A stretch of DNA of 64,000 bases from Candidatus Eremiobacteria bacterium (GCA_963758295.1 CAVWUU010000006.1:64001-128000); one strand, 5' to 3'; positions 36,028 to 44,783 are shown, counted from the stretch's first letter. Numbers and translations: made by a program. The notes: generated by a model from the letters alone, not told the origin.

Positions 36028-37947
36028 TCAGCGACGTTTAGTTGTCGATTTCTTTTTCGTCGTCGTTCCTTTAGATGACGGCTTCGAGGCTTTCTTTACC
36101 GGCCTCGATGCGACGGCTTTTTTCGCCGCCGTTGGTTTTGCAGCACTCTTTGCTGCCGGTTTCTTCGCTTTCGGCGCAGCCTTCGTTGCTGTCTTCTTGG
36201 CCGGCGCCTTCTTGCTTGTGCTCGCAGCTTTCTTCGGCGCGAGTTTCTTCGCTGCGGGTTTTGCAGCGTTCGTCTTTCCCGCCGGCTTTGCCGCTGGTTT
36301 TGCGGCGCTCTTTTTTGCGGCCGGTTTTGCGGCCGGTTTTGCGGCCGGTTTTGCGGCGACGGTCTTTTTCGCCGTCGCGGCTTTTACCGGCGCTTTAGCG
36401 ACGGGTGCTTTACGGGCGGGCGCAGCTTTTGCTGCGGCAGCCTTTACCGGAGCTTTTGCCGCGGGCGCCTTAGCAGCGGCCGGCGCTTTAACAACGGCGT
36501 GGACCTTGTCTGCAGCCGGGGGTTTTACGGCCGCCGCCGCTTTTGCGGCAGCCGGTTTTTCGGCCGTTTTTTTCGCCGGTTTTTCGGCAACCGGTTCTGG
36601 TTGGGGTTCCCGCGCCGGTGCAGCCGCAGGCTTTGCAGACGCTGGGCGGCGTTTGGTTTTTTTTGCGGTGTCGGGCTGCGGCGTTTGTTCTTGCTCGGAT
36701 TCGTCTTTGGCTTGAGCGGCTTGTTCTTTCGCCGCAGCGGAAGATGCCGCGGACGCGGCCGAACGTCGCGACGTGCTCTTGGCCGGCGCCTCCTCCGCTT
36801 CCGGAGTTTTCGTCGTGCGCGCCGGGCTGCTCGCACGTTTCTTCGGACTCGTGTCGCGTCGCGTCTTCGGTGCCTCGTCGGGGGAGCGTTCCGGTTCCTC
36901 AGGCAACCCCAGTTCCGCGCGGCTCAAACCGCTGATACTGCTGCCCGGCTGGACCGGCTCTTGCGTCTTCTGCTGTTTTTCGATGTGTTCTTTAGTGGCG
37001 CGGAGCGCAACGCGCGCGAGCCGGCCGCCAACCGGGAAGACGATCTCGTTGACGTCGCAGTCGTCGAGCATCTGCAGCACGACGTCGAAGGCCGCGCCTT
37101 GGTCTTTCGGGCTGTGCGCGGCCGATCCAACGGCAATCGGAACGTTTTTTGCCTTCGCTTTGCGCATCAGACGTTTGTTGACGTCGATGAAGCGCCGGCG
37201 CTGCTCGTCGGGAAGATCGCGATAAAGCTCCCGAGTGCAGACTTCGATGGCCATGCCGCGCGCAAGCACGGCTTCCAGCATGCGGTCTTCGTACTGCTGA
37301 AGTTTTGCATCGTCCGGCCAGTGCCCGAACGTCGCCGGGCGATAGAAATTGCCGACGATGTGTCCCGGGAGTTTTTCGACGTCGTCTACGAGACGTTCGA
37401 TGTAAAGTTCCCATACGCGCTCAGCGCCGACGGCTTCGAAGAAATGGGCGAACTCGGGATTGTCAAATGCCCACGCGTACTCGCCGCCCTTTTCCGGGTG
37501 GTCGATCGTGATGAACTTGACCGAGCGGATCATGCCGTCGGGGCGCATCGCGTCGACGATATTTTGCGCGTCTGGTCTTGCGCGAGGATCGTTGTCGACC
37601 TCGGCGCCGATCGAATACCGCATGCCGCGGCGCAGGCCTTCGCCCACGACGGCCGCATGCGCGACATCTACGCCAGCGGTTTCCGCCGCACCGTACAAGT
37701 CGCCGGCATGCGCAAGCTTCAGCGCGCGGCGAACGGTGTTCACAGCTCCCGGATCTTCGAACGTGAGGTAGTTGACGTGGTCCGAGACCATCAGAAAGCG
37801 AGGCGAATTCCGCCGGCATGCATGATAGAACCAGAGGAAGAGCATGCGCGCGGAGTACGCGATGGGCCGCTCCTCGGTGAACGGTCTGTGCTCGCCTTTG
37901 GCATGACCGTGGATGTCGGGGATGGCCGCGATACGTGGGTCGCTCAG
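36028..37947 (-). CDS. Degenerate PHP-domain protein with a long Lys/Ala/Pro-rich histone H1-like C-terminal tail
   Basis: DIHGH, SDH, GAE, IEV, GSAAH (PHP motifs); C-terminal ~200 aa of KPAA/KAPA/AKK repeats; start uncertain (CTG 37947 or upstream GTG/ATG up to 38037). Confidence 0.8.
   Translation of the reverse strand: MSDPRIAAIPDIHGHAKGEHRPFTEERPIAYSARMLFLWFYHACRRNSPRFLMVSDHVNYLTFEDPGAVNTVRRALKLAHAGDLYGAAETAGVDVAHAAVVGEGLRRGMRYSIGAEVDNDPRARPDAQNIVDAMRPDGMIRSVKFITIDHPEKGGEYAWAFDNPEFAHFFEAVGAERVWELYIERLVDDVEKLPGHIVGNFYRPATFGHWPDDAKLQQYEDRMLEAVLARGMAIEVCTRELYRDLPDEQRRRFIDVNKRLMRKAKAKNVPIAVGSAAHSPKDQGAAFDVVLQMLDDCDVNEIVFPVGGRLARVALRATKEHIEKQQKTQEPVQPGSSISGLSRAELGLPEEPERSPDEAPKTRRDTSPKKRASSPARTTKTPEAEEAPAKSTSRRSAASAASSAAAKEQAAQAKDESEQEQTPQPDTAKKTKRRPASAKPAAAPAREPQPEPVAEKPAKKTAEKPAAAKAAAAVKPPAADKVHAVVKAPAAAKAPAAKAPVKAAAAKAAPARKAPVAKAPVKAATAKKTVAAKPAAKPAAKPAAKKSAAKPAAKPAGKTNAAKPAAKKLAPKKAASTSKKAPAKKTATKAAPKAKKPAAKSAAKPTAAKKAVASRPVKKASKPSSKGTTTKKKSTTKRR
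36313..36357. repeat. 12-bp tandem repeat (ttttgcggccgg, about 3.75 copies) encoding KPAA
   Basis: Directly visible in the sequence. Confidence 0.9.
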
Positions 37948-38651
37948 CGTTCTACTTCCTTTACACCGCGGGGAATCCACATCGAACGGCCCTTTTCTTG
38001 CGCTCGTTTCGCTTCGGGCGTCCGTTGCTCGACCCACGGTACGATGGTTTCCAGTAAAATTTCGATCCCTCGTTTCATCGTGTCAAGCGACATCGAGGGA
38101 GCAGATTGCGCGCCTGCCGTGATGGCTTGCGCGGGCAGATACGGCAAATGCACTAAGCCGGCAACGACCGGCGAATGCGATTGATCGTTTAGCGCCAGGG
38201 TTTCGTACAGCACTTGATTACCGACGAACGTGCCTGCCGCGTTGGAAACGTACCCCGGAACGGCGTTTGCGTTCCACGCTTCGACGATCCGATCGAAAGG
38301 CAGATTCGAAAGACGCGCTTCCGGCCCGCCGCGTGCGATCGCGTCGTTTTTACGCATAACGCCGACGTTATCGGGCGTGTCGAAATCCAGGAGGTTAACG
38401 GCGATGCGTTCGAGCGAAAGCGCCGGACGGCCGCCCATCTGCGACAAGCAAACCACGACGTCGGGATTTTCCTGGACCAGCGCTTGTTCCATCCGTTCCC
38501 GGATGTTGCGCGTTTCCACCGGAAAGATCCTAACAGCAACGGACCGCCCGGAGATCATAGAGTTCTCCAGACTGCGCGCGACCATCTCGCTCGGATTTAT
38601 CTTCTCGCCACCGAATGGTTCGAACCCGGTGATCAGGACGTGCTTTGCCAC
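37944..38651 (-). CDS. pcp: Pyroglutamyl-peptidase I homolog with catalytic Cys replaced by Gly
   Basis: LITGFEPFGGEKINPS, LERIAVN, PDN.G, SNAAGTFVGN (canonical AGTFVCN), HLPY; GTG 38651 after AAGAAG. Confidence 0.85.
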   Translation of the reverse strand: MAKHVLITGFEPFGGEKINPSEMVARSLENSMISGRSVAVRIFPVETRNIRERMEQALVQENPDVVVCLSQMGGRPALSLERIAVNLLDFDTPDNVGVMRKNDAIARGGPEARLSNLPFDRIVEAWNANAVPGYVSNAAGTFVGNQVLYETLALNDQSHSPVVAGLVHLPYLPAQAITAGAQSAPSMSLDTMKRGIEILLETIVPWVEQRTPEAKRAQEKGRSMWIPRGVKEVER

Positions 38652-38680
38652 CTTCTTTAAGGTTGGCTCTTGCGCACGGG

Positions 38681-39421
38681 CTACCTCTCGGGTTGGTAAC
38701 CTTCCATGCGTAGGATTCGCGCCTTCATCTCGATGCCGTAGCCGTAGTTGTGCAGATCGCCCGCGGAATCTACCACGCGGTGGCATGGAAACAAGAGTGG
38801 AAGCGGATTGCGCGCCATCACTTGGCCGACCGCACGCGCGGCGCGGGGGCGGCCCATTTGCGTCGCAACCCAGGAATAGGATCGGACTTCTCCCGGCGGA
38901 ATCTCGGCTGCCGCTCGCAACGCCGCCTGCTCGAACGGGGTGAGGTCGCTGATGTCGACCTTCTTGTCATCGACGCGCCAGGTTTTGAAAAATTCATCGA
39001 GGGTCGCCTTGAGCCACGCGGGCGGCTCGCCGGCTTGAACGCTTCGCCGCAGCCGGGTTTCGACGCGCTCGCGAACCCGTTCGAACGGCTCCCCGGTGTC
39101 GATGCCGATGTACGCGATGCGGTTCTCTTTGAAGCCGACGTAAAGCCGGCCGACCGGCGTCTCGACCGATGTGAGCGCAATCGGCGTCGGACGTTCTTTG
39201 TATTTGGTTTGCGCGATGTGTTGTACCACGCGTTTGGCCAAGTCGCACGACGGCTCAGGCTTCGGCAGGCACGAGAGGCAATAAGCGACTCCCTCGTACT
39301 GTTCGTAAAGCTCTTGGCACGGCGGGCACGTGCGCAGATGCGTTTCGACGGCGTCCTTTACCGACCGCTGGCACTCGCCGCGGATTTCGTCCCACAGCGA
39401 TTCGACGTCACGACAACGCAT
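38681..39421 (-). CDS. ogt: Fusion of a zinc-finger anti-sigma (ZAS/zf-HC2) domain and O6-methylguanine-DNA methyltransferase
   Basis: N-terminal C-x24-H-x3-C-x2-C (MRC...HLRTCPPC); C-terminal TPF, IPPGEVRSY, RAARAVG, NPLP..FPCHRVV; ATG 39421 after AAGGAG. Confidence 0.9.
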   Translation of the reverse strand: MRCRDVESLWDEIRGECQRSVKDAVETHLRTCPPCQELYEQYEGVAYCLSCLPKPEPSCDLAKRVVQHIAQTKYKERPTPIALTSVETPVGRLYVGFKENRIAYIGIDTGEPFERVRERVETRLRRSVQAGEPPAWLKATLDEFFKTWRVDDKKVDISDLTPFEQAALRAAAEIPPGEVRSYSWVATQMGRPRAARAVGQVMARNPLPLLFPCHRVVDSAGDLHNYGYGIEMKARILRMEGYQPER

Positions 39422-40076
39422 GAACGGAGGCTCCTTCAGAGGGAATTCGACCAATTTGCGGCCCGAGAATTTTCCGCAGAATGCGCACGGCGCGATGCAC
39501 GTGCGACTTCACCGTGCCGATTGGCTGGTGAAGGATCTCGGCGATTTCCGGATGGCTGCGACCTTCGATGAAGCGCAGTGTTGCTGCGGCGCGAAGGTGC
39601 ATCGGAAGTTGTAAGAGCGCCCGTTCGACGAGCGCGACCTCGGCGTTCTGCTCGACGATGGTTTCCGGGCGAGCCGGCCCTTCTTGCGTCTCGCGAAGCA
39701 GCGCGTCGGGATCGGCGAGTGAGTCGAGGGCGACGCTCGTCGGACGTTTGCTGCGCAGGCGGTTGCGAGTAACGTTCAACGTGATGGTGTATAGCCATGG
39801 TTGGAGCCGCAGCTCACGCCGCTGTTCCTCGGACATTTTGCCGAGCGCGCGATAGGCGCGTACGAATGAATCTTGGACGATCTCTTCGGCGTCTTCGCGA
39901 TTGCCCGTCATACGCAAAGCAAATCCGTAGAGGCGACGCTGATAGTCGTCTACGATTGTGTCGAAGTTGTCCGGTGCAGGTACCGGCTTGCCTTCTGCCC
40001 GTTCTGACGAGGGCTTCGGCTGCTGGACCGTAGGTGGCACGAATACTCCCTGGAGGAGTGGTGCGAGCGCGCTCAT
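39408..40076 (-). CDS. ECF RNA polymerase sigma factor
   Basis: Region 2 DAEEIVQDSF...WLYTI..N; region 4 EIAEIL..PIGTVKSHVHRA; no region 3. Confidence 0.95.
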   Translation of the reverse strand: MSALAPLLQGVFVPPTVQQPKPSSERAEGKPVPAPDNFDTIVDDYQRRLYGFALRMTGNREDAEEIVQDSFVRAYRALGKMSEEQRRELRLQPWLYTITLNVTRNRLRSKRPTSVALDSLADPDALLRETQEGPARPETIVEQNAEVALVERALLQLPMHLRAAATLRFIEGRSHPEIAEILHQPIGTVKSHVHRAVRILRKILGPQIGRIPSEGASVHALS

Positions 40077-40088
40077 ACGTGGACTCAG

Positions 40089-40116
40089 GACCGCTCCTCG
40101 ATACCGCGAGGTTTCA
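40089..40116 (-). promoter_or_regulatory. Putative autoregulatory ECF promoter
   Basis: Minus strand TGAAACC-N16-CGGTC, ending 12 nt before the ATG; fits the AAC/GTC ECF pattern. Confidence 0.5.
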
Positions 40117-40308
40117 CGCCCGGGCGATAATCTCCTCAGCCTTTTATTTACCCTCGATGTTGCGAGAAGGGTCTCCTTGCGCGCGGTCGAGAACCCTCAT
40201 TCATGGTACAGGAATTGCCGCACGCACCATCTTTGAACCGCCGTTGATCGCGCTCGCGACACGGCGGTTTTCATTTGCGGCAAGGAAAGTTTTATGAGGT
40301 TAAAGCTT

Positions 40309-40701
40309 ATGCAGCAAGCGATCGAACCGACGGAGATTTCATTCGACGCGTTTACGATGTGCAGCTTTCAGCCCGATCTCGGCTCGGCTCGGGCCGTCCC
40401 GATCGTGCTCATCGGATACCGCAAGAACGAAGATCCGTGGTTCGTCTGGCTGGTTCCCAAGGAAGGGATCAGCACGTCCGGACTAACCGACGATCCCTAT
40501 TACGCCAAAGTGTTGCACGACCCACATTCGTATTTCACGAAAAAGCTTTCGAAATACATCGAGGAAACGGGTTGCGTAAAGCGCGGGATCGAAATGTTGA
40601 TCGATTACCATCAAAGCCATCTCGCGTTTACGCCGCTAACGATTCTCGGCGAGATGCCGTTCAGGCACCGCCTCGAGGTCGAGCTGGTCGGAGCGTGTTG
40701 A
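40309..40701 (+). CDS. Hypothetical protein
   Basis: Fills the gap; globular composition; start 40309 or 40294. Confidence 0.7.
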   Translation: MQQAIEPTEISFDAFTMCSFQPDLGSARAVPIVLIGYRKNEDPWFVWLVPKEGISTSGLTDDPYYAKVLHDPHSYFTKKLSKYIEETGCVKRGIEMLIDYHQSHLAFTPLTILGEMPFRHRLEVELVGAC

Positions 40702-40747
40702 AGCTCCTGTTATAAGCAGTTTTGAAAGTAGAATCGCCGTGAAATGC

Positions 40748-41503
40748 TCACGGCGATTTTGCTTCGTTCCAACTTGGTGCCGAATCGTCGGCGCGTATCG
40801 TGCGTTTGTACACAATGCGTACCGGGACCGCCGTCGTTTGGTTGACGAGCTTGCCGGTAATCGTCAAGGTGGCGTTCAGGGCGAGCAGGAGCGCGCCTTG
40901 CGTAGCGTAGTAGGCAGCGCCGTCCATGCGAATCCGGCCATTGATAGCCGCCTCGGGATGTTGCGGGAGACCGCCCGCCATTGGTCCTTCGGCTTCGAAT
41001 CGAACGCCGACGGCGGGCTCGCCGTTGATGCGTCCGGCTCGTTCGGGCCGCAAGAATCCATGCAGCGTCGAACCGCCGAGCGGCGACTCCGCCTGGAACG
41101 GGATCGCATGACGCATCGTGCGCAAATCGCGCATGGTCGTCGCGTCGAGCTGCACCGCAAACGGCTGATTCAGGACCGTTAAGAAATCCGGATCTTCGTC
41201 GCTGCGATCTTGGAACGTCCCATCGCCGGTTAAATCCTGGACGAAACGGGCATGAACGCTTGCCTTGCCGGTTTCGTCGCGACGCGTGTAATTCGCCTCG
41301 GCCGTATAACGGCGATCTTTTCCCGTCTGCTCGACCGTCAGGCGTTGGGAACCGTTATACGCGATCGTCGTGTTCGGCAGCGTGGTGCCGACGCGATACG
41401 TATCGTTTCCGGTGACGTCGTATTTTTGCTGATTTTGTGCAGAAGTCGCCGCCATCAGTACGAGGGCGGCTACCAGCAGTGCGCTTTGAACCCGGGGCGG
41501 CAT
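40748..41503 (-). CDS. Hypothetical secreted beta-rich protein
   Basis: AGGAG RBS; signal peptide. Confidence 0.75.
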   Translation of the reverse strand: MPPRVQSALLVAALVLMAATSAQNQQKYDVTGNDTYRVGTTLPNTTIAYNGSQRLTVEQTGKDRRYTAEANYTRRDETGKASVHARFVQDLTGDGTFQDRSDEDPDFLTVLNQPFAVQLDATTMRDLRTMRHAIPFQAESPLGGSTLHGFLRPERAGRINGEPAVGVRFEAEGPMAGGLPQHPEAAINGRIRMDGAAYYATQGALLLALNATLTITGKLVNQTTAVPVRIVYKRTIRADDSAPSWNEAKSP

Positions 41504-41517
41504 CTACTCCTACACTA

Positions 41518-42210
41518 TCACTCGCCGCAAGTCCGTTTCGCTTTACGGCCTGCCGCATCTAGATAAACAAGTGCGGTTAGTGCCGAAAGCGGCGGCACTA
41601 ATAGTATACCCAGCGGCACCTGCGCCCAAAACGACGCAAGGTGCATGTGCTGAGCTTTAAAGTGTTGCTCCAAAACGGTCGTAGGGTAAAACGGGAACAT
41701 TTGTAGCGCGGTCAAGACAAAGCTTCGCGCAATGTTGTCCAAGCCGTTCCATGCCATGAACGTGCTTCGCCCGATCGATCGAATCAACAAGAGCGGATCC
41801 ATCGGGTCTTCCAACACCACGTAGACGTCGGCGTAGACAAGGCTGACGGCGACTGCAAATAAGGCGACTCCGGTGAAGACATCGCGCAACTGGAACGCAT
41901 CGAATCCAAACGACACGCCCGTCCCGGCGATAAAATCTACCAGCATGACGAGCCACCATCGCCGCAAAGCCCGCTGCAGTGGATTCGTTAGAAGGCCTTG
42001 GTCGTGCCCCACGAACGCGTAGGTCAGCGCCGTGACGAGCGGCGGGAACACAAACTGCACCAGAATCAGCATCGTCGTGGTGGGCGAAGCAAAATAGCAC
42101 GCGCTTTGCAGCGCGAACGCTCCTATGCAGAATAAGGCGTACTGCCACCAGCGCTGCGCGAGGAGCCGGAGAGCCAGTCCGGCGAGAACGAAGAACGAGG
42201 TGCGCGCCAA
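41518..42210 (-). CDS. Hypothetical polytopic membrane protein
   Basis: About 5-6 hydrophobic segments; TTG 42210 inferred as start. Confidence 0.7.
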   Translation of the reverse strand: MARTSFFVLAGLALRLLAQRWWQYALFCIGAFALQSACYFASPTTTMLILVQFVFPPLVTALTYAFVGHDQGLLTNPLQRALRRWWLVMLVDFIAGTGVSFGFDAFQLRDVFTGVALFAVAVSLVYADVYVVLEDPMDPLLLIRSIGRSTFMAWNGLDNIARSFVLTALQMFPFYPTTVLEQHFKAQHMHLASFWAQVPLGILLVPPLSALTALVYLDAAGRKAKRTCGE

Positions 42211-42221
42211 TGGTTGCGGGG

Positions 42222-42542
42222 CTACTGCTGGAACTCTAGTCCGGCGCGCCGCCGGCGGCCAACGTAGAATCGTACGTCCGCGGTTCCTTCGCACATGACC
42301 ACCGCATCGGCGTCCACAAAGTGCCGGCCGTTGATGTCCACCGTAAAATCGCCGGAAGCAAGACCGGCGAGCGTGCGATGCATACTGCGCTGAAACTTAT
42401 CGTGCGGAGCTCGGGCTCCGATGGCTTCGCGTACGGCCAGCGCGACGAGCTGGCGAACGCGAAGCGGCGTCGCGAGCGCAAACGCGACCGAGCCGCCTGC
42501 GGCGACTGCGTGTAGATCGAGCGGTACGCGAACGCGAATCAC
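42222..42542 (-). CDS. Hypothetical protein
   Basis: MIRVRVPLDL...FTVDINGR...VRFYV; GTG 42542 inferred. Confidence 0.55.
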   Translation of the reverse strand: MIRVRVPLDLHAVAAGGSVAFALATPLRVRQLVALAVREAIGARAPHDKFQRSMHRTLAGLASGDFTVDINGRHFVDADAVVMCEGTADVRFYVGRRRRAGLEFQQ

Positions 42543-42601
42543 ACCACATCTTTTAGCGCTATTTCGAGGAGCCGCCTGCCGGCGGGAGAACCGTAGCGGC
42601 A

Positions 42602-42943
42602 ATGTCTTTGGAGAAACAAGTTGCGAAAATGGACGACGCTGAATTGACGTCGCTTTTACGCAACGGAATCGGCGAAATGCCGGAACCCGCATTACGCGCG
42701 TTAGTGGCATCTATTTTCGATGCGTTCCGCGATCGCGGCGAGTCGTCGGAAGACGCCGCCGAAGGCGCCGAAACGCCGCTCGACGCTATAGAGCGCGGCG
42801 AACGCCGGGCGGTCGACGCGCTGGTGCGTTACGCGGGCGAAAATACGGGCCTATTAAAAGAAGCCATCGCACTTTTCGAAGAGTCGCACGCCGAGAAAGT
42901 CCCCGCCCTTCCGGAGCCGTTGCAAACAGGCTCGAGCGAATAA
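42602..42943 (+). CDS. Hypothetical acidic helical protein
   Basis: GGGAG upstream; 6 nt from the next gene. Confidence 0.7.
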   Translation: MSLEKQVAKMDDAELTSLLRNGIGEMPEPALRALVASIFDAFRDRGESSEDAAEGAETPLDAIERGERRAVDALVRYAGENTGLLKEAIALFEESHAEKVPALPEPLQTGSSE

Positions 42944-42949
42944 GCCTCG

Positions 42950-43711
42950 GTGGACGATTACACTCGCCGGCGCCGTCGCATAGCCCCCGAAGAACCGCAG
43001 GGCGGGGGCGGACTGCCGATCTTTCCGCTGGTCCTGGCTGTCATTTTTGCCGGCTTGCTTTTGGGCGGTCTGCTCGCGCATTTCATGGGCAACCGTTCGC
43101 CCGTACCGGCCGGCGCGTCTTCGGCCCCGTCGGTCACCCCGCTTCCGGCCGAAGGATCCACGCCAACGCTCGGGCCCACCGCAACGCCCGAGCCGAGTGA
43201 GTTGCCGTCGCCTACGGCTTCCCCACAAAAATCAGCAAGGCCGACGTCGACCTCAAAACCGAGTCCCGAACCTACGCCAAGCCCCGCTCCCACGCTGACG
43301 CCTACGGCTCGCCCATCCGTCATCTTCATTACCCCCGCTCCGCAGGCGCCGTCCGCAAAAACCGCCGCCCCAAAAACAGCCGGAACCGCTGCACCTACGG
43401 AAACGCCCGCTCCTATCGCTCCCGGCGGCGGCTCCGACCGCGCCACTGCGGTCGTCCACTCGTATCTCTCTGCGCTCGCCCGCGGTGATGAATCAAGCGC
43501 CGCCAGCTACCTCATGAGCGGATTGCCGAGCGAAAAATTCATGGGTCCCGGCGCCAAAATCACTTCGCTCAACACCATCAAAAATGCCGACGGCACTTAT
43601 AAAGTCACCGCCGACATCCAAACCCAATCCGGCGAATACTTCGAGACTTTCACCGTCGAAAACGGTCCCGCCGGCATGCAAATCTCCGACCATTACTCCA
43701 TCAAACCTTAA
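42950..43711 (+). CDS. Single-pass membrane protein with Pro/Ser/Thr-rich linker and small C-terminal domain
   Basis: RRRRR, TM helix, PT/PS repeats, C-terminal VHSYLSALARGD..A NTF2-like start. Confidence 0.8.
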   Translation: MDDYTRRRRRIAPEEPQGGGGLPIFPLVLAVIFAGLLLGGLLAHFMGNRSPVPAGASSAPSVTPLPAEGSTPTLGPTATPEPSELPSPTASPQKSARPTSTSKPSPEPTPSPAPTLTPTARPSVIFITPAPQAPSAKTAAPKTAGTAAPTETPAPIAPGGGSDRATAVVHSYLSALARGDESSAASYLMSGLPSEKFMGPGAKITSLNTIKNADGTYKVTADIQTQSGEYFETFTVENGPAGMQISDHYSIKP

Positions 43712-43931
43712 CCTCGCCGCTCCCCGATCGCCTCCCAGCATTGTTTCCCGCTCTCATACAGAGCGCAACCGCGGAAGTTTGCTGGCGGCAAGTTGTGGGA
43801 AAAGGGAAGGCCCAGTGGATGCATTCGTATCAGAACGTCCGGATTTTCGGATGTACTGGTTGAACAGCGTCCGCCATTTTGCACTCTCATGGGGCAGGGC
43901 CGCCGGTTCCGCCCTCTTAACAGCAGGGGCC

Positions 43932-44783
43932 ATGACGACAGTACAGGACACGAGCACCCGGATGGCCGGATCGCTGCAGACCAGTCGCGATCGCATCACG
44001 AGCCAGTGGATTGCTGCAGTGAGCGCTTCGTCTAAAGGGCGGTTGAGCGCTAACGAAACCAAGGAAGAACTGTTCCCGATTTTCGATGCGCTGGTTCGCG
44101 GAATGCGCCAAGGCTCGTTCGACGCAAATCATTCCGCGTACGACGAGTTGCGTGCGATGCTCTCGGAGTATTCAGGTACGCGCGCGCGCAGCGGCTTTAC
44201 ACCTTCGGAGACCGCGATTGCCGTGTTCGCTTTGCGTGATGCCGTGCTGACGGCGCTCGAAGGAGGCAACGACGCAGACTATGCCGAGTTTGCGCCGTTC
44301 TCGCGTCTGATCGACGAATTCGGTTTGATGACGTTCGAAGCGTTCGCGCAAACTCGTGAGACGATTATTACGAGCCAAGCCGAACAATTGCTCGAGCTCT
44401 CCACGCCGGTCGTGAAACTGTGGGATGGTGTCGTCGCCGTTCCCCTCGTGGGAACACTCGATTCGGCCCGCACGCAAGTCGTGATGGAAGAGCTGCTTCA
44501 AGCGCTGGTTTCTTCCGGGAGCGCGCATGCGATCATCGACATCACCGGCGTTGCCGCGGTCGATACACAGGTTGCGCAACATTTGCTGAAAACCGTTATG
44601 GCGGCGCGCCTTATGGGTGCGGAATGCATGATCTCCGGCATCCGTCCGCAGATCGCCCAAACGATCGTCGCGCTCGGAATCGAATTCGGCGACATCGTTA
44701 CGAAGGCAACGCTTGCCGATGCTCTGCGCCTCACTCTGCAACGCGCCGGCTTTGAAGTGCGAAAAGGCGACCGCAAAGCGTGA
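43932..44783 (+). CDS. rsbR: Stressosome RsbR (N-terminal sensory domain plus STAS)
   Basis: ELSTPVV, PLVGTLDS.R, IIDITGV..VDTQVA, SGIRPQIAQT. Confidence 0.93.
   Translation: MTTVQDTSTRMAGSLQTSRDRITSQWIAAVSASSKGRLSANETKEELFPIFDALVRGMRQGSFDANHSAYDELRAMLSEYSGTRARSGFTPSETAIAVFALRDAVLTALEGGNDADYAEFAPFSRLIDEFGLMTFEAFAQTRETIITSQAEQLLELSTPVVKLWDGVVAVPLVGTLDSARTQVVMEELLQALVSSGSAHAIIDITGVAAVDTQVAQHLLKTVMAARLMGAECMISGIRPQIAQTIVALGIEFGDIVTKATLADALRLTLQRAGFEVRKGDRKA

Noticed and set aside
36313..36357. Tandem repeat as CRISPR or contingency locus
   Set aside because: In-frame 12-bp coding repeat without spacers; no cas genes
35900..38184. Long plus-strand ORFs (271 aa hydrophobic; 561 aa)
   Set aside because: Antisense reading of the Lys/Ala-repeat and PHP gene; stop-poor because of codon bias
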